Shown here: piece by piece, positions 47,142 through 57,852 of the stretch | How positions within the stretch are numbered: the first letter of the stretch is position 1 | Layout of the letters: every line of letters starts with the position of its first letter | Source: Cladosporium halotolerans | Taxonomy: Eukaryota | Reading direction: 5' to 3' | Length of the DNA stretch: 64,000 nucleotides | Assembly: GCF_011745625.1 (NCBI RefSeq) | Contig: NW_027191454.1 | Coordinates: forward strand, 434,001-498,000 | Made by a program: the position numbers and the translations under genes | Notes under the pieces: generated by a model | Database searches by the model: none | Told to the model about the DNA's origin: nothing | The model's input: only the letters and a program-made list of their open reading frames with translations

Positions 47142-47945
47142 CCGCCGCGGCCACGCCCGTTGTCCCTGCGCAGGCCAGGTGCACTACCATCTGCGACTGC
47201 ATCCGTCGCCTCGCCGAGCGGCCACTGCCACTGCACGCCAGCCCGCCCGAGCCTGAGTCTGTTGCCGCTGGCCTGCCACCCGCCGCCGCTCGCGAGACTG
47301 GCTCACGGCTCATCGCTCATCACTGGCTCGACTGGCTCGACTGGCACACGCGCTCTGGGCCTCTCGGCCACGGGCAGCCTGGCACTAGGTACTGGCTCCA
47401 TGCGAGCGTTGCTTCGTGCGCCCGCGCCTCCATCCATGATTATCCATGATTATCCCACTCCACCCCAGTCCGCGCTCCTGCTGCTGCTCCATGTCGCCTG
47501 AGCCGAACCTTGACCTGGACCACACCTCGGCGCCATGAGATGAGTGTGTTGCCCTCCCCGTGCCGTTGGCATTCTCTCCTTCCAATCCCGCGTACCTCTC
47601 TAGCCCTGCCGGGCCCTTGCTTCCATCACCCTTCCATCGTCAACAACACCTCCGCAGCGCCTGCCTCGACCCGCCTGCCTACCTTAGCCTCCGCCTCGTC
47701 CTCACCTTCCTGCCTGCTCTCAAATCGTCTTCTCTCTCTTCTCCACTTCCGCTCTCACTGCTCTTGCGCATCCAACCCTTCCATCCTGCCGTGCTTGACC
47801 TCACCATCACCGGCCTCTCGCCGCCTGCACGTCACCGTCACCGCCGCAGAGCATACCGGCCGCACATGACTGGCCGCCCAGGTGTGCTCTCTTCACCACC
47901 TCTCTCCGCCTCCCTCTCGTAACAAGCATACACCCGCCGCACCCA

Positions 47946-49855
47946 ATGTATGCCAACGCCGCCATCCACTTCCGGGATCCCTTCGCCGCCAGAGACAGCA
48001 CCATCAACCGTCAACCTCACCACCACGGTCAATCCCGGGCGAACTGGTCTTCACAAACAACCAACCAAGGGCTCAACCGGGCTCTTACCCCGCCGCCTGA
48101 CATGAACAGCGTCAGCCACGCCCTCCCACACGGCAATCACCAAGAGCATGGACAGTACTACAACAACGCCCACATGTCAAACCAATCCACATATAGAGCT
48201 CCTACAGCTCAGTATCAGCCATATGGATCTTCTCAACCGAACGATCGACCATCACATTCGAGAGATGGCAGGACAAGCCCACGGCAATCACGGACTGTTC
48301 AAAAGTCAAATGACTCTCAATCACGGACACAGCAGAAGTCGAACAGTGTAATTGCACCTGCGTTCCAGATTCCCAAATCCGTGAATGACAGTGGAGGAAG
48401 TTTATCTGAGCTTGCAGCAGAGGTGAGTTTGGTGACGCCGTGATTTTATGAAAAATTGCTGACATTCTCTAGATCACATGTCTCTTCTGGTTCGAATCGT
48501 CAGACTTGCTCGAGCAAATTGAAGAGTCGCCCATCTCTTTCACGCCGCCCCGGAAAATGGTCAAAGATGCAACACCGACTACTGGCTTCCGCAAATGGGT
48601 GACAACGATACTTTCGACGACACTGGTAGCTCAGAACGTGGTTTTGCTGGCTCTCCTGTTCGTCTACCGCTTGAAGAAGCTTAACCCTGGAGTCAAAGGA
48701 AAGCCCGGCAGTGAATACAGACTTTTGACGGTCGCTCTGATGTTGGGCAACAAATTTCTGGACGACAACACATATACGAACAAGACCTGGGCTGAGGTGT
48801 CTGGAATCAACGTTGCGGAGGTCCACATTATGGAGGTTGAATTTCTCAGCAACATGAAATACAACCTTTTCACCTGTGCCGATGACTGGTCAAAGTGGCA
48901 GTCTCTCCTCGGCAAGTATGCCTCTTTCTTCGACAAAGCGACGAACCCGCCCCCAGTTCAGAGTCGTCCGGCACCCATCCTTCCCCCGGCGTCATCTCTA
49001 CAACTTCCCATGGCCCTGCCTTCTCCACCAGCATCCAACCAGGCATCGCCGCCCTACGCTGCCGAATTTGCACAGAATGGATTCGCCTACAGCGCTGCTG
49101 GCACGCACGGGCCTACACCGGCACCTTCACCTCTGGCTCCTATTCCGTCTGCTCACACTAGCTTCGGAGATAGCAAGAAGCGGAGTCGTGATGAGTTCAC
49201 CACCGAATCACCGGCGAAGCGTCTGGCTACTGGCCTTCAGGACTATGCGTCGCCGCGATACCCCTCCCACAACCCGAACCTCACCCTCCCAAGCCTCCCG
49301 GTGCCGTCCAGCACGTCACAAAACAGCAACTCTTCGATGCCTGTGCCCTCAGGCCACCAGCTGCCTCCTCTGAATGTGCCTGCGAGAGCCATGGGCATGG
49401 CTTACCCTCCCGCTGGTGGACCGTCGCACACTGGCGTGACGGCACCCTCCTCTCAACCCTCTTCGCAGATGGCTTCTCAATATCAATCAAGACAACAAAG
49501 TCCCTACCCAGGATCTGCGGGCGCTTCTCCGAACAACGGTCTGCAACCTGCCAACAACACTGCCTTGCACCCACCCACCCAGGTTTCTCCCACCTACTTC
49601 CTGCAGCAGCGTAACTCGCCATACCGACCGGTTCATAACGTTTCGACGCTGCTCTACCCTCCACCTTCCGCGGCACTGCAGCACCGCCCTCAGAGTATCG
49701 AGTTCAACCGAATGCGCTACCAGCCGCTCGGCAAGTCGGTACAACAACCCCAAACCGGCCACCTCCCTTACGTGGCCCAGAACGTCTGGCTCGACGGAAA
49801 CCAGCAGCACGCAATGACGCCCGTCCACCAATGGCCTGGCTTCGCGAACCAGTAG
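47946..49855 (+). CDS. Pho85-type cyclin, Clg1/Mug80-like
   Basis: Exon 47946-48422, intron 48423..48472 (GTGAGT...CTGAC...TAG), exon 48473-49855. GGSLSELAAEITCLFWFES; cyclin box FRKWVTTILSTT...GSEYRLLTVALMLGNKFLDDNTYTNKTWAEVSGI...MEVEFL. Confidence 0.9.
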
Positions 49856-51393
49856 GACCGGCTCCTCTGTAACGGCATACTGCCGATCCACCGAGCTCGC
49901 TGAAAGGCTCGGATCGACCGGTCATGATCGCATAGCGGCATTACTCTTTTCTCCTTCTGCTCTCTGCACGCCGAAGCGGGCTATTGGCTGCGTGCACTTT
50001 TCGCTGTACATGAGGGCTCTCCCTCGGGCGTTTCTTACACCTTTTTCTGGCTTTGATTTATTTATTTGTTGCGTTCGAGCGATACGACATTAGCACAGCA
50101 TCAACCGGCGTTCATGTATTGTGCCCTGTGTCCTTCCTCCACTTCGTGGGAGGGACACTCGGTGGGGACGGGTCACGATGAGTTCACGACGGGAGAAAGA
50201 CAGCTTTTCACACCATTCCTCCATAAACCGGCAGGCATCCTTGCCCGATTCCTCTATTCCAGCTCATTCTTACTTCTGTTCTTTCTCTCCCTCTGGGTGG
50301 AGACACTAGAGCTGAATTAGATACTGCATTGACACCCTACCTCTTCAGCTTTTCCTCCCTCTCAACGGCTCGCCAACACGGCTACCACCCACCCCTTGCA
50401 CTACTAAACCCATACTTCCTTTTTTCTCACCGCGTGCCGATTCCCCATGCGCGGGACTCTCGCGTACTCGCCATTTCCCATCGCCACGCGCCGCCCGCCA
50501 CGTGCTAGCCTCGGCGCTCTGGATCCCTTGGTGCTAGTGTCGAAGCCTGCTCCTCGGTAGACTACTAGACGTCGCGTCGCGCTGCGCTTGCTCTTGCGTC
50601 CGCTTCCGGCTTGGCTTGGCTTTGCGCGAAGCTGCAGGTGCGGTCCGAACACTGAGCGGTTGGGTTGGGCGGGCCCGGAGGCTTGGGGTGTTGCGAAGGT
50701 AAGCCGAGGGCGATCGAGGTGGGACAGGAGGGGGGAGTTGAAAAGGCTACTGCACGGTGGTGGGAGCTTGGAGCTTGGAGCTTTGACGGGAAGGTTTTCT
50801 CTTTTTTTCCTCTTTGTCTTTTTTTTTTTGGTGGGGAGCAAGTTACCTTCAATAAGGTGTTCGATAGTTCCAGGTTGGGTTGGAAGGTGAAGGTGAAGCG
50901 AGGGCTGCCGATCCCGCTAGTGTCCTGGCCACGCGGGGCCACGTGCTAGCGCGATTGCAGGCTTCACTCAACCACGCGCGCTGACCTCTCTTGTCGGTGA
51001 GACCAATGGTGTTATCTGAGTTGGACAACAGGATGCTTTCCCAGCGCCTTGCGTCGCCGCTGGCATCCTCCTCTTGCCTGCCATCCAAGCGGTCGAGCAG
51101 CAATAGCTACGCTTCTGCTTACCGGGCCTTCCCCGACCCCGATCCTCCAGCCCCGTAAGGCCGCAGCGCAGCTTGCTGTGGCTATATCATCACATCTTAT
51201 GACTCCACCCAGAGTTTCAGATGGTCTTTCCCTCGCATCGCCATCTGCATCTCCACTGAGAGGAAAGCACGACCAAGCTGTGGCTCGTGTCGTCGTGTGA
51301 TGAGCCACGAGTGACTATGCATACCTACCTCCGCATCAACAAGGGGACCCGGCCATATCGCAGAATGCGATATCGACCAAAAGCAAAAGACCA

Positions 51394-51484
51394 AGCTTCC
51401 TCCCGTGATCGAAACAGGGACCTTAGGATAGATAGCTTTGCAAGTTCGCTGCAATCCCACGCTCTACCACTGAGCTAAAGAAGC
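51394..51484 (-). tRNA. tRNA-Cys (GCA) with 19-nt intron (51430..51448)
   Basis: Minus strand GCTTCTT TA GCTC AGTGGTA GAGC G TGGGA TTGCAG [CGAACTTGCAAAGCTATCT] A TCCTA AGGTC CCTGT TTCGATC ACGGG AGGAAGC T. All four stems pair, discriminator is U73, the intron is at 37/38, and T4 runs follow downstream. Confidence 0.96.
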
Positions 51485-51596
51485 TGGTGTTGTCGTATTG
51501 GCGGTGGAGACTGGTAAGTGGTTCAAGGAGTTAGGCCAATGGGTGCGCCAGAGCTCGCCACGAACAGACGCCGCCAGCAGACCCTTCACGTCGACT

Positions 51597-52974
51597 TCAG
51601 ACCTTCTCACCGTTACCCATAGGCGAATCCTCTCCCGCAGCCTGGACCTCCCGCCTCGGACCCTCGATGTACTGCTCCCAGCGGCTGCCTCGCAAGGCGT
51701 CGCCGATTTCCTGGAGGAGCAGCTCAGGCCACCGGCGGAAGAACCAGATGTTCGCTCGCTTGTTGACGAGCGCGGCGTAGTGCGCGATAACCACGAGCGC
51801 GATCGGATGCCGCTCGTCGCAGAGTTCCAGGAACGCCTTGTCGGACCCTATCGCCCAGCGCTGGATCAGGCTGGCCGACGAGTGGTCCGGTGGCGTGTCT
51901 TCCAGGGTGCCTTTGGCGACGAAGAGCTCGTGGATGTCCTTTTTGATCGCGGCGCGTCGGGGAGGGTCTTCGAGGTGCTCGTCGACGAGGGCCTGTAGGG
52001 TGGAGATTTGAGGGAAGCGCTGGTGGATGTTTGATCCGATGTCCAGGTGCTCGTAGGACCAGGCGGGGTTGTTGATTGCGCCTTTTTCGGCGAGCAGGCT
52101 GCGGTCTTTGGCGATGATGGCGCGGATGCCGCGGGACATGCGGAAGGAGTCGATCAGGTCGCCGATGTAGTCGCGGGGCGTGGAGGGGTCGCTGTTTGTG
52201 GGGCGGAGAGCGGGCTCGGCGAAGGCGAAGAGGGAGTTGAAGCAGGAGAAGTTGAAGACGGCTTCGCTGTGTGCTGAGCTGGCGGCGGCGATGTGTGGCC
52301 TGGCTAGTCTGATGGCGGCGCCGTGGTGGGAGATGGCGAGAGCGTACCATTTAGACTCTGATGGGTTGACTGATGTTAGGTGAAGAGCGGCGATGGCGAG
52401 GATGATGTGTAGCACTGGCGATACATTAGATTGGGGAGTGGCCCGTGAGAGCGAGATGGATTGATGGGCAAATAGTGGCAATGCCACAACAACTGGTTCA
52501 CATCGCTTCAGCAGGTAAATCACTTACCATAGGGATGCTGAAATCCAAGTTCGATCTCACGGCCTCGTTGTTGACGGAAGGACTCCTCAGCGTTGTGGTC
52601 GGAGAACTTCGTATCACTTCCGAGTTGCCAGTCGTGCAAAAGTCGGAGGTCATCGATATTTAGCTGCCTCTCAATCACTTCTGAGTCTGCCGGGGACGCT
52701 GACCCGCTGAGACTGCAGTCTGAACCAAGTCGCTTGCAATGAGAGCATATTGGATAGAGCTCATCACACTGCAGGCAAAGTAAGCGAAGGAGCTTCGATA
52801 AGAAAGGGCGACGCATCGACATCTCATATTGCAGTCAAAGAAAGAAGAAGCTGTCTTTGGAAAGTGACATACCTTATAATGCCGTTTCTTACATTGCGTA
52901 CACCCGTTTCGCGACTTGTTGTGAGTTTTGCGCCGACGAGAGCCGGCTGAGGCGGCTTGGCCGTTAGCAGCCAT
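51597..52974 (-). CDS. Zn(II)2Cys6 transcription factor, Upc2/sterol-uptake-regulator-like
   Basis: RRKTHNKSRNGCTQCKKRHYK/CDELYPICSHCKRLGSDC; introns 52769..52872 and 52415..52527; DDLRLLHDW, HPYVLHIILAIAALHL and PIALVVIAHYA motifs typical of this family. Confidence 0.88.
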
Positions 52975-53043
52975 TGGTCGGCGAGCGAGGCAAACAGGGT
53001 CGTTATAGAGAATCAGGGAACAGTCACGACCCGAGATGCATGG

Positions 53044-53232
53044 CCGTATCCATACGGTGTCTTATACTTGCCACTGATGGCGTTTGTGCAGATGTTGATG
53101 GACCCACCACGCCCTAATTTGGGACAAAGTACGGAGACCGTATTCGATACGGGGGACTCATGTGGCCCGTGCTGGCGCGTTTTAACTTCCATCTCCTCCT
53201 GCGCGTGTTCTCCGTGCCCGTACAAGATACGC
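53044..53232. promoter_or_regulatory. Three CCGTAT-N2/3-ATACGG palindromic sites in the TF/RTA1 divergent promoter (putative Zn2Cys6 sites)
   Basis: CCGTATCCATACGG (53044-53057), CCGTATTCGATACGG (53138-53152) and degenerate CCGTACAAGATACGC (53218-53232). Confidence 0.6.
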
Positions 53233-53485
53233 GCATGCTGCGACACACGGCAACAGGCACATTTTCAACCTGCACGCCGCGTATTTTGCGTCTGCGCCTC
53301 GATGAGATGCAACGGCTTTATCAATGATCATAGATCCGCGATTGCGGCCAAAGGCATAAGTTCTCTCCTCTTTCCTGTACACATTCACAGATCTATTCGC
53401 CAGACCATCTTCGCTGCCCATCCATTTATTCTCCAATTTTCTCCCATCGGACATCCACTTCTTTTCTGATTTCTTCGCCTGCAAA

Positions 53486-54439
53486 ATGAACATTGAGAGC
53501 GACGGCTCCTCCGTGGTAACCTATGCATATCACCCTTCTGAATCGGCAGGATGGGCGTTCGTTGCACTATTCGCCGGCTCAACAGTCGCGCACATCGTGC
53601 TGATGTTTCCCTACCGCTCTGCATTCTTCATTCCGATGATAATCGGCGGAATCAGTTCGTTCACTCCTTCAGACCCTCCAGATCATGCGAAACTCCTCAT
53701 AATACTGACACACCATCTAGTGGAATCAGGCGGCTATTACGGTCGAGTATGGTCAAGTCATGATCCGTCAAACTTCAAAGCATATATATTACAAGTACTG
53801 CTCATCTTGGCGGCGCCACCCATCATATCAGCGACCATCTACATGGCCCTCAGCCGGATCATCAAAGCGCTAGACGCCGCACACCACGCCATCGTCAGTC
53901 CGCGCTGGACCACCGCGCTCTTCATGCTGGGCGACATTGTCGCATTCTGCAGCCAGCTCGCCGGTGCCGGTATGCAAGCGACGACCAGTGCAAGCGTCCG
54001 CAAGACAGGTGGCACCGTCGTCACAGTCGGTCTATTCTTCCACTTGGCGCTGTTCAGCTTCTTCATCGTGAACACCATCGTCTTCCACGTCCGCAACTCC
54101 AGGAACCCATCTTACCTATCCGGCCACCCTCGGATCCCCAACTGGAGACGAAGGATGTACGCTCTCTACCTCGCGAGCGCTTTCATCCAGGTGCGCAATA
54201 TCGTCAGGATTGCGGAGTACATCCAGGGCGCGGATGGGTTCGTCATGAGCCATGAGGTCTTCATCTATCTATTCGACGCTGCGTTGATGTGGCTTGCTAT
54301 TACGATTTTTGTGATCGTACACCCTGGTAAACTGGTCAAGAAGGCGAAGCGAGCTGAGAAGGACATGAGCTCAAGTGGCGATGGTTTGCTGGCGATGGTG
54401 GCTAGAGGAGGGACGAAGGAAAGCGAGATGAGCGGATAA
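53486..54439 (+). CDS. RTA1-like lipid-translocating exporter (7-TM)
   Basis: YAYHPS, (M)ESGGYYGR, LILAAPPIISATIYMALSRII, GDIVAFCSQLAG, IQVRNIVRIAEY and HEVFIYLFDAALM...HPG motifs; in-frame 66-nt intron 53655..53720. Confidence 0.92.
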   Translation: MNIESDGSSVVTYAYHPSESAGWAFVALFAGSTVAHIVLMFPYRSAFFIPMIIGGISSFTPSDPPDHAKLLIILTHHLVESGGYYGRVWSSHDPSNFKAYILQVLLILAAPPIISATIYMALSRIIKALDAAHHAIVSPRWTTALFMLGDIVAFCSQLAGAGMQATTSASVRKTGGTVVTVGLFFHLALFSFFIVNTIVFHVRNSRNPSYLSGHPRIPNWRRRMYALYLASAFIQVRNIVRIAEYIQGADGFVMSHEVFIYLFDAALMWLAITIFVIVHPGKLVKKAKRAEKDMSSSGDGLLAMVARGGTKESEMSG

Positions 54440-55792
54440 ATGTGTGCGGATTTGGGTTCTTTTGTCGGGGAATGTATTGGACGCGAGGCGTTTTGACGTT
54501 TGCAGCAGACTGTGGATATCGAGAAGATATCTTCGGGCATTACACAGGATTGCAATAAGGGAATATAGACATACATCTTATAGATTTTCCATTTCGAAAA
54601 GTTACGACTGGTACGATCCGCAATTTGCCAATTCTGACCGTGCGGACGTTTGACCGTGAAGACAAGTCCGTTCCCAAAATCTACTTAGAACATGTCAGTT
54701 CCAAAAATACTCCCTCGCAAGCCTTCCAGAAACGCTCAAGCTTCTTCAAAGCGTCAAAGCGAATGCAGAAAGTCTCCTGCCAAGGAGATGCGGCTCCCGG
54801 TACGAGCGCCCAGCGCTTTAGATGCGGAAAGCCAAATTTGATGACCGGTCGTCAATCAGTAGGCCCGATTTGCAGTCCGATGGTAATGTTTCGAATTTGT
54901 TGACGATAAGTCAGTCTTGGATGATGAGATTGAGAAGGCTGATGGAGGGCAAAAGTCATGTCCGATGTAAATGCGCGAAAACGCCATTGTCGCGGAGCCC
55001 TACTTGTACATCCGAAAAGCCCTAGCTTACGGTCATGCGGGATGTATTTCGGCACCAATACAAGCTCGCAGTTACGCGAATTTGTGAGGGGTCGTCACTG
55101 ATGCGCACGCCTCGGATATCGACAAAACTTGATTACGATAACGAAGCGTTGAGGGCTTTCACAACCGAACGCGGCTCTTTGCGTTCGCTACCGTCTCGTC
55201 ACGCTCGTTTTGATAGATCACTCCTAGCGTGGTCGAAACGGGGCGAGGGAGGCCCGATTGCGCAGGGGCCAGCCAAGAGCCCTTGTCTCGGCTGGGCTCG
55301 ATTGATTTAGAAACGGTGCGTCCAGACTCAAGCCAGGTGAAGATGGAGGTCTTGTGGTGTTCGTCGACATTGCAGCATGTTCCGCGCATGAGGAATGATA
55401 TATCTGCCTTTACATCTGCCGTCGACCGCCACGCGAGTGCCGGAAGCGTATGCCGACAGCCCTCAGCATCGCAGCGACCAATGGATGCAGGCGTTCCCAG
55501 GACGGCGGAGCGCCAAGCGGCGCTTGTGGAGTGGCGCGGAGTAGCTGGGGTTGGCAATGGCGGGGGAGGAGCCTTGGACAGCGAGCAGCCTTGGGAGCAT
55601 GCGGGTGTTAGGGATGCCACGCGCGAGAGCGTTAGCCGCGGCTCCCGTAGCGTTGCGTCTATATGACCTGACCATGCCTCGACTGAACGCGTCCTCGTGC
55701 GACGATCTCAGTCTTCAGGTCTCGTTCCACGCGTGCGACTTCCATCGCCAGAGACACTCGGACGCGGTCGCGCTCGAGACTACTACGCGACG

Positions 55793-57673
55793 ATGACTAC
55801 CACTTTGGGCGGCGAGATTGGCAAGCTCTCGAAGGATGAAAAGGAGTACTCAAACACCACTGCTCACGATGCAGCTGCAAATGGACATGTCGCGACAGAC
55901 GAGTACGTTTAGAATGCAACAACAGAGGGACCGTCGATCGGGACTGACATCTGACCAGATATGGAAACCCACTGTTTCACTTCGATGCTGCCGCCGAACG
56001 CAAGCTCAGGTTGAAGATCGATTTGATGATTGTTCCTACTGTTGCTTTGCTTTACCTGTTCTGCTTCATCGACCGGGCGAACATTGGTCAGTGCTACCGG
56101 TACTACTCCATCTTGTGGTTGACTGTAGGCTAACGAGGACCAGGAAATGCAAGACTCGCGGGCCTTGAGAAGGACCTGAAGTTGCAGGGCTACGGTAAGC
56201 CATCTCATGCTATGCATACAGCCAGAACGAAATCAATGCTGACGACCTCGAAGATTACAACGCCGTGCTCAGTGTTTTCGTGCGTACATGACAACAAACC
56301 ACATCAGCAGGGGCAGAATTCTGACATTCGAATAGTACGTTAGCTACATCTTCTTCGAGATTCCCTGCAACATTCTCTGCAAGAAGATTGGCCCTGGATG
56401 GTTCATCCCCGCAACCAGTCTTGCCTTCGGAATCTGCTCGTTTGGAACGGCTTTCGTCAACACTTACTCCCAAGTCTGCGGCGTCCGTTTCCTTCTCGGT
56501 ATGATATGAACAGATGACGACTCCTTCATCGGCCTTGACTAACAACCACCAGGAATCTTCGAGGCAGGCATGTTGCCTGGCATCGCCTACTACCTCTCCC
56601 GTTGGTACCGACGTAGCGAGCTTGCCTTCCGCCTCTCCCTTTACATCGTTATGGCACCTCTTGCCGGTGCTTTCGGAGGTCTGCTCGCATCCGGCATTCT
56701 CACTCTCAGCAGCGTCGGCAGCCTTACGACGTGGCGGATGATCTTCGTTATTGAAGGTATCATCACTTGCGGTCTGGCTCTCATCTCTTTCTTCACGCTC
56801 ACCGATCGTCCGGAGACGGCGAGGTGGCTCTCTGCGGAAGAGCGCGAGCTGGCGATCGCTCGTGTCAAGTCTGAGCGTGTCGGTACTACTGAGGTGCTCG
56901 ACAAGATGGACAGGAAGAAGCTGCTTGCCGGCATTTTCAACCCTGTCACTCTCGGAACCTCGATGATTTTCCTGCTGAACAATATCACTGTGCAAGGATT
57001 GGCCTTCTTCCTTCCAACGATCGTCAGGGTAAGTCGATTCCGTCTCGTTATACACTCCATCTCAGACTCGTTCCGCTGACATTCCCCAAAGACAATCTAC
57101 CCCTCCGCAACCCACACAGTCGTCTACCAACAACTTCGCACCGTTCCCCCTTACGTCGTCGGCGCCTTCTTCACCGTCCTCTTCCCTTTCCTCTCCTGGC
57201 GCTTCGACAGGCGGCAGATCTTCTTCATCGCCTCCGCCCCGCTCATCATGGTCGGCTACATCATGTTCCTCGCCAGCAAAGACCTCCAAGTCCGCTACGG
57301 CGCCACCTTCCTCATCACGGCGGGCGCCTTCGCCTTCGGCGCCCTCTGCAACGCCCAGGTCTCCGCCAACGTCCTCACCGACACCGCGCGCGCCTCCGCC
57401 ATCGGCACCAACGTCATGTTCGGCAACATCGGCGGCCTCATCTCCACGTGGGCGTTCTTGCCGTTCGACGGGCCGGATTACCCGATCGGTAACGGACTGA
57501 ATCTTGCCACGAGCTCGATGATTTTCATCCTGAGCATTGTTATGCTGCTTTGGATGAAGTGGGACAACTCCAAGCGGGACAAGAAGGACCCCGAGGCGGA
57601 GCTGGCGGGCCTGGACAGCAAGGCTCGCACGGATCTGGACTGGAGGCACCCGTCGTTCCGCTGGAGGCCGTGA
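55793..57673 (+). CDS. MFS anion:cation symporter (allantoate/nicotinate permease, Dal5/Tna1-like), 7 exons
   Basis: Introns 55903-55958, 56087-56143, 56195-56253, 56280-56335, 56499-56552 and 57029-57091 splice in frame: ERKLRLKIDLMIVP...FIDRANIGNARLAGLEKDL...FEIPCN...RFLLGIFEAGMLPG...WRMIFVIEG...HPSFRWRP*. Confidence 0.92.
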
Positions 57674-57852
57674 GTTTCCGGCGGCGCAACGGCACGCAGT
57701 GGGCTTTTGGTGGAAGCGCGCCTTTTTCTGCACCTGACATTTGTAATCGGCATTTTTTTCTATCGTTCTCGTCGCCGTGTACATAGCCCAGAGAATCTGC
57801 AAATATGGCTGGTATTGTAAATTGAGCCCTGAGAGTAGTGGCTTCGTGCGGT

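Noticed and set aside
42891..47869. Dozens of 60-280 aa ORFs in the long intergenic region
   Set aside because: Mutually overlapping on both strands, Arg/Ala/Pro-rich, with no codon bias or domain motifs; typical of GC-rich non-coding DNA.
54918..55101. C-box-like ATGATGA followed by CTGA (possible C/D snoRNA); similar GTGATGA at ~16068
   Set aside because: No terminal stem, no properly spaced D box and no recognisable rRNA-complementary guide.
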